Assembly: GCA_013115145.1 (NCBI GenBank)
Contig: JAAPAO010000125.1
Coordinates: 1 to 64,000, forward strand
Reading direction: 5' to 3'
Length of the DNA stretch: 64,000 nt
Source: Perkinsus chesapeaki ATCC PRA-425
Taxonomy: Eukaryota > Protista > Perkinsozoa
In this document: positions 58,601 through 64,000 of the stretch, piece by piece
How positions within the stretch are numbered: position 1 is the stretch's first letter
How the letters are laid out: each line of letters begins with the position of its first letter
Notes under the pieces: model-generated
The model's database searches: none
Told to the model about the DNA's origin: nothing
What the model saw: the letters and a program-made list of their open reading frames with translations, nothing else
Translations under genes and position numbers: made by a program

Positions 58601-59799
58601 TAGCCTCAGCCCTTCAACTCCTTCTCATAGACGACGTTGACGCCATCCTGGCCAATGACCGCAGGTGCGGCGGTGCTCCACCCCTGCACTCTGTCGGCAG
58701 TGAAGGGCTTGCTCATCAGTTACAGCGCTCTTTTCGGCCAGCTAATAGCGTCATCACGCCGACCAGTGGTCTTCACGGCCCGGTCCATCGAGGATCTTCC
58801 TCGGCAGCTCAAGCCGCAGCCAGTACGTCGTCGGCCGATCATTGAGTTTTGGGACGACCTAGATTCATCTCAGTAACCATCGTTTAACCTGCGCCCTCAT
58901 TCACAGTATTATAGATTCCTCGTGCAGTCGAGCCCTCAGCAGCTGCCCGTGTCATCGCCCCCACAGGAGGCAGTCATGGCCGTGGCCCTCCAGCTCGCCG
59001 ATGCCCTTTACGGCCGGAACGCTAAGGTAGCGGATGCTCTCCCTTCTCGGCAGCCCTAATGGTTCCGTCATCAGGGCTGCTTGCCTCCATCTTGTACATG
59101 TACGGACTTCCGTCGTGCCGCTCTCGAGGTGGAGGCTGCGAGGCGCGTCGAACCCTCTTCTGCCGTCTGCTCGGATGAGGTCGACGCGGCTAGTACACTA
59201 TTGTCTAGACCTCAACTGGGCATCAATGATATCTGTTTCATCACTTCTCTTCGGAGCGCGATGGCGACCACAACGGAGCCGGATGAGAAGAAGCCAGAGT
59301 CGACAGCGATGGAGGCACTGCGTGTTCTAGGCGGAAATCTGACCAGAGTGTCGACCAGGCAGTGCCATTCGACTGTTATCCCTATGCTCATGCATCTCCT
59401 CACTGAGCGCAGTGCAGCTGGGGCCAGTACGAGGAGGAGCACGCGAGAGAACAACACCGAACTCTTCAAGATGTACGCGACGTGTCTGTCTGGTGCGCCA
59501 CCGTGACCGTTGGTATTATGTCACAGAAGTTCCGGCAACGTCGCTTTGTTCACCACCAAATACAGTATCCTTTCAGGTGGTCGGAGAGGCAACGAATCCG
59601 GTCTGGGCAGGGGGCCGACTTGAAGAGATGTCTCGTTGAGGAAGCGATTGTGGCCCTCTTGGAGCTTCGAGATATGTATCCTACCACCGCGAGAGAGCTC
59701 ACCGCAGCTGCTGAAAATGGAGGCTCCTCGGACACGTCTGATCCGGCAGAACAAGCCGCCGCTTCGCACTCGGAAGATTTTTCGCCTCCGGGCGATTAG
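55621..59799 (+). CDS. ATAD5: ATAD5/Elg1-like AAA+ ATPase (RFC-like clamp unloader)
   Basis: KWLELWVKRAD; Walker A VVVTGETGCGKTSLVYAAARE; VIELSVDS...IEEAIQS; Walker B LLLIDDVDAIL; FGQLIASSRRPVVFT; long charged N-terminus. Confidence 0.75.
55993..56235 (+). repeat. 81-bp (27-aa) coding tandem repeat, 3 copies
   Basis: CGCAGTCGACCTG at 56016, 56097 and 56178; peptide (ETQKKGVRSRPEKESSREPSEEREKSF)x3. Confidence 0.95.
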
Positions 59800-59894
59800 A
59801 AGGATACTCCAAAATTTATGCACGTTTCTTCTATGGAACGTTGTTGGGTGTAGTTGTGCCTCCTCTGACTGTTGCATCTTAGGAATGTTAATGC

Positions 59895-60176
59895 ATGTCA
59901 GGCGCCGGACGTGGTAGCGATATTCTCCAGCCAACGTGCCCCCAACTTGGAAGTCCGAAGCCCGTATTGGTAGGACTGAAGAGCCCTGTCATCCCTGATG
60001 AGGACGAAGTCATACACCTTCAACGGCAAGGCCCACGGTTTGCATTCTTACGCTCCTTCGAGGGTGGCACACCGGAACGGCACCGATGGCGTTGCATCAT
60101 TTTTTGGGTGTCTCTGATAGTAGCTCTGCTACTAGTGGTAGGAATAACTATTATTGTACACGCGTTTGCGAGCTGA
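59895..60176 (+). CDS. Small tail-anchored membrane protein, 93 aa
   Basis: Single ORF ending ..RWRCIIFWVSLIVALLLVVGITIIVHAFAS*. Confidence 0.55.
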   Translation: MSGAGRGSDILQPTCPQLGSPKPVLVGLKSPVIPDEDEVIHLQRQGPRFAFLRSFEGGTPERHRWRCIIFWVSLIVALLLVVGITIIVHAFAS

Positions 60177-60499
60177 AGATTAATAGCCGCCTTAAGGCTG
60201 CTGCCTCATTCAGCGCTTGGTCACTGTCTGGTTCTGCTCGCATGTAGAATCGCAGTAGTAAATTTCTGTATAGAAGTCGCCAGTACCCTTCGGTTAGCCT
60301 ACTCGTCCTTGTGTTAATGATAGTCAAACGAAACGAATACGGACGAGGAGGAGGAGGACCATATGAGGAACGCGCGATGGTAGCCGAGGTGTCGATCGGT
60401 GTAGGGAGACTTGTTCTTCGACCCTCGTAAATTATTAGTCATACTGATTATCAGTCTCTGGGGCGCTACTGAGCAAGCCTAAAGCTGAGCGGCGAGCGC

Positions 60500-61330
60500 T
60501 CATTGCAATTCGTCCTTATATTGTATATGTCCCTGGCACTATATGATATATTGTGTGCCAGAGACAACTTCGAACAAGATTCTCAGCTCAGATCCCGCGG
60601 TTCCAAGTGAGATACTTCCGGACGCGAGTGCGGAATGCACAAGTCGTTCTTTAGATTGCTCCGATTTAGCAGGAGACCGGGACATGGTCACTACCAAAAC
60701 TCCATCCGTGCTAGAAGTATGAGCGTCCAGTGTATATCACAAGGCATTGTAAACGGCTAGAAGTTGAAAATATAACACAATCAACAAAACTGCGGGCACT
60801 TCACGAACAAGCGAGATACCAATCCTATAAAACAACGTATAGAGCATCAAATGCACTGATGAGTGTCTGATAGTCACTGGGCTAATAAGGTATTAAGTAA
60901 TAGATAAGAGAAGGTCCAATGGAAAGGTTGATCGATATCTCAATGACGTTGAGGTCTCCTAGTGAAAATGCATGTACCATTCATCCTTGGCATCTCAAAA
61001 CCGCTCTACGGTGGGAGACAACTAAAACTAGCAGGGCCATCGTGGGGTCATAAAGTTGCGTGGTCGTATGGTTGCCGTGAATAGGATAGAGCGATACTAT
61101 TGAAGTGCATTGCCACTCCAACCCGAATAATAATAGAAGATACATTTGTATTAGAGCACATGTGTTCGGCGCTACAGGCTGGTAGCTGTCATCTTAACCG
61201 CCTCATCGGGAGGCTTCATCGTTGAGGCTATCTGGCGAGATATGTAATCCTGCAATAGTAGCTGATGGTCAGGATGTTCTGCGCGGTACTTTCGACAAGC
61301 ATCTTCGAGACTCTCGACCCTGAAATACGT
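60500..61330 (-). CDS. Hypothetical protein (exon fragments, boundaries uncertain)
   Basis: Open minus-strand segments VESLEDACRKYRAEHPDHQLLLQDYISRQIA and SKERLVHSALASGSISLGTAGSELRILFEVVSG. Confidence 0.25.
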
Positions 61331-61784
61331 TCACAGTCACAAAGTCCCACTCCAACTGCTTATCGCTAGACGTAGGAAGGGCTTGCCCTCCTACTCCTGC
61401 TTGAATTCAGTTCTGTCATATCTGTGCTAACCCTACAGTCAGCGGCGTTGGACTACGTGAAACTCACACACATCTCGCTATAACGCATTATTGTATGCTG
61501 TTAGCCTCGGATGGTTGCAAAGCTCACCACTGAACAGGCACTCGCCCCGCAGCTGTATTGACTATCCACTTGGGTATAAGCCCTTTTATATCAGTTTGTG
61601 ATAGGATAAAGAGTGAAGTGTCCCTTGAATCACCAGCTTGTTCGATAATGTAGCCCGAAATAACAGTCTCAGCTCGTATATACTGAGGGACCTGATGATG
61701 CAGGTTATTTCGACCGACAGCTCCGAATTATAAAGGGCAAGAACTGCACTACTATCTGAGGCTCTTTAATATGCAAATAGAAAA

Positions 61785-64000
61785 TCAATGACGGCTCGCG
61801 AGATCTTTCAACTGCCGGAGCCAGCCTTCGATGCTCACTTCGGGCATCTCCGCTCGCGCCGCACTTCGCATAAGAATCAGGAACCTTTTGGCACCGTTAG
61901 CCGGCGACGGTGCGCCAGAGACTCTCCTATATTGGAGAAAGTCTCTGGTTTGAACACCTAGCGGAGCCTGAGCCATAATCTTTCATCAGTTCCAGCGCAT
62001 GGTAGCGCACTCGCAGCACGCAGTAGAGGGTGTCACAGAACTCGTCATCCTTGGTTGGCTTCAGCAGTCGCATTTCATTGAACGTTTTGTCCCACTCGAC
62101 GCGTCTTCTGATAAGCAGCAAGCCTGTTTGGTAGTTAACAAATCTCTGGCCTAACCCGAAGTCGTGTATGTGGTAAAGAACAAGCTCAGCGGAGGTGTCG
62201 GAAACCGTCGCCCACGCACGAACGAGTACCGATGGTGACGCATCGGACTTCAATTTGACCACCTAAACCCATACGACTGCGATTTCAGTGGGATAAGCTA
62301 CAAAAAGCATCTACCTTCACTTTAGGCTTGTTGACACAGACATCCCATCCTTCGTAAGGTTCTTTTTCCTTCTCTTCGAGGAAGCGGAACTCGCCCTATA
62401 TCCGGCTGGCGCAATTAGAAGTCACAAACGCTATCACCGTCCCGATTGGGAGCTTATGCTTCAATTCAAGGTCGAAGTTAAGGAAGTCATCGAAATCCTT
62501 AAAGAATACTTCCCGGTTGACCTGGAAGATGAGCTGGTAATCAGCCAGGCGTGTCTGCCCGATTGCTTGTCCTACTGTAGGACAAGCAATCGGACAGACA
62601 CGCAGTAGGACTCCTACAGCGACATTGGATTCTTTGCACTTCTGAGGGGCGTCGCCTTCAGTAATACGGTCCCGGGAGATAACCTATCGAGAAGAAGCGA
62701 TCTGCTAGTAGATCGCATATTTCTGACGAAAAGATCTGCTTCGTCGATGTTCTCCTCTGGGCGAAACATCGAGTTGCCTCTAAGGGATCAGGAAGTATCT
62801 TTGCACCTCGATGGCAGCTTACCTTGAGCTAGATGCTGGCGACACGTACGGCGTATCGATGTCGCCCTCTTCGACTGAGCGGATTCGCTAACTCCCTGGA
62901 ATATATAGTTTACTCATTACTTTCGCCCAAGACATGGTCAGGTTGTTTTTTCCAAGGCTGATTGATATTCAGAGCAACCTTTCGTAACTGACCGGCAATC
63001 TTAAAAGGAAACACGAGTCGACTGGGCAAGACTTTTTGAACTGCTTCGCGTATGCCAGTCTGATCTGTATCTTGCTCTTGTCTTTCCAATGCGTCCGTAT
63101 ACCTGTACAGATTTGCTCCCAATCGATGATGATAATAACCGCTCACATGAGGCTTTCTATCACTCTTTGGGTTGCTGATGGTGGATGCCACTGTGAGTGT
63201 TCGTAGATAGGCTGAAGCACGAAGGAGGAGTTCACCGAGTTCACCGAGCCAAACACACGAAATTCGATGAACACCCGCCACAAGGAGTTCGGGACACGGA
63301 TAAAATGTTAATACAAAACACACTCCTCGAATGTACTGTGAAAAACGTGTTTATGTAACAAAAGAACCCATAATGGGCCGAGCCATGCTGCGCTCTTTGC
63401 GTGGAACTTTGGCGCGTACCTTGATATTGGGGTGCTCAATGAAGGCTTTCATGCGTTTTACCACTTCGAACTGAGGCTTGGATGAGAGAGCTTCGTCCAT
63501 CGAGACGAGCGTCTTCAATATGTCTACGCAAATACGGACGAAATCCGCGCTGGAGAACGTTCGCCAGTTCTACGACCACGAATGTAGTGCGTCTTATTGA
63601 ATGGAGGCTTACCTTTAAAAAATCGTCCATGTATATCCAAAGACATTGGTGCACATCATCCCGACACAGGAAGCAGTATAGAAGTGCCTAAGTACATCGC
63701 AGTAGTAGGAGCAGACTGGGCTACTTCAACTTGATAGTTCAAGTCGTAATAGGTACAGTATAAGACCGAGCGCTGTGTTCGATTCTGAGAGCAGAGTCGG
63801 CCTCCGACCTATTTACCAGCTCCTTCTTGGCTGCATTAGAGATCATTCCTATCTCCGCTACAGGTTTGAACTCAGTTATAACCTAACACTTGAATTCGTC
63901 GGGAATTGAACTTCTTCGACTCTTACGCTTTCGAGGAACCCCGCTGGGTCGTCGCTCCGCGGGAACCTGTCGGATGCGTATCGTATAAGGTACTTCAGGC
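61785..64000 (-). CDS. Large hypothetical multi-exon protein; 5' end beyond the window
   Basis: Chain of GT-AG-bounded open exons (ORFs 63436-63654, 62910-63323, 61927-62262, 61785-61976; VNREVFFKDFDDFLNFDLELKHKLPIG). Confidence 0.55.
62549..62621. mobile_element. Long two-sided hAT-type excision footprint (42-bp insertion, 62576-62617)
   Basis: GCGTGTCTG-c-CCGATTGCTTG-TCCTAC-t-GTAGGACAAGCAATCGG-a-CAGACACGC-a-GTAGGA-c-TCCTAC-a. Target is g-TCCTAC-a and both loop bases are as predicted. Confidence 0.85.

Noticed and set aside
42574-60452. Isolated 6-8-bp-arm 1-nt-loop hairpins (e.g. 42574, 46137, 60440; also 3804, 12949, 32621, 40414)
   Set aside because: They lack the third D copy and/or fail the loop-base rule; arms this short occur at chance frequency in 64 kb.

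Overview
Gene-dense eukaryotic DNA with many short (about 40-60 nt) GT-AG introns. Intron style and gene content are consistent with a Perkinsus-like alveolate (inference), so most single-exon ORF-track entries are exon fragments or antisense noise, and my gene boundaries are approximate. Recognisable genes: a PPR protein, a Nup85-like protein, three adjacent helical-repeat (HPR-like) proteins, a GT90/CAP10 glycosyltransferase plus a pseudo-exon copy, kinesin-14, a papain-family protease, an M14 carboxypeptidase, a Trf4/PAPD5-type nucleotidyltransferase, an ATAD5/Elg1-like ATPase, three paralogous small Cys-rich secreted proteins, and two tRNAs lying antisense in introns. The most striking signal is non-genic: a recurrent 22-bp structure x-D-comp(y)-revcomp(D)-comp(x)-D-y, where D is a 6-mer that differs at every site. 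I found 7 perfect copies, 5 near-perfect copies, 2 long-armed two-sided versions and several one-sided hairpins. This matches excision footprints of a hairpin-forming hAT transposon with an 8-bp target duplication (xDy), apparently repaired through microhomology. A decayed hAT transposase lies in the same window (39.1-39.9 kb), next to a footprint hotspot.
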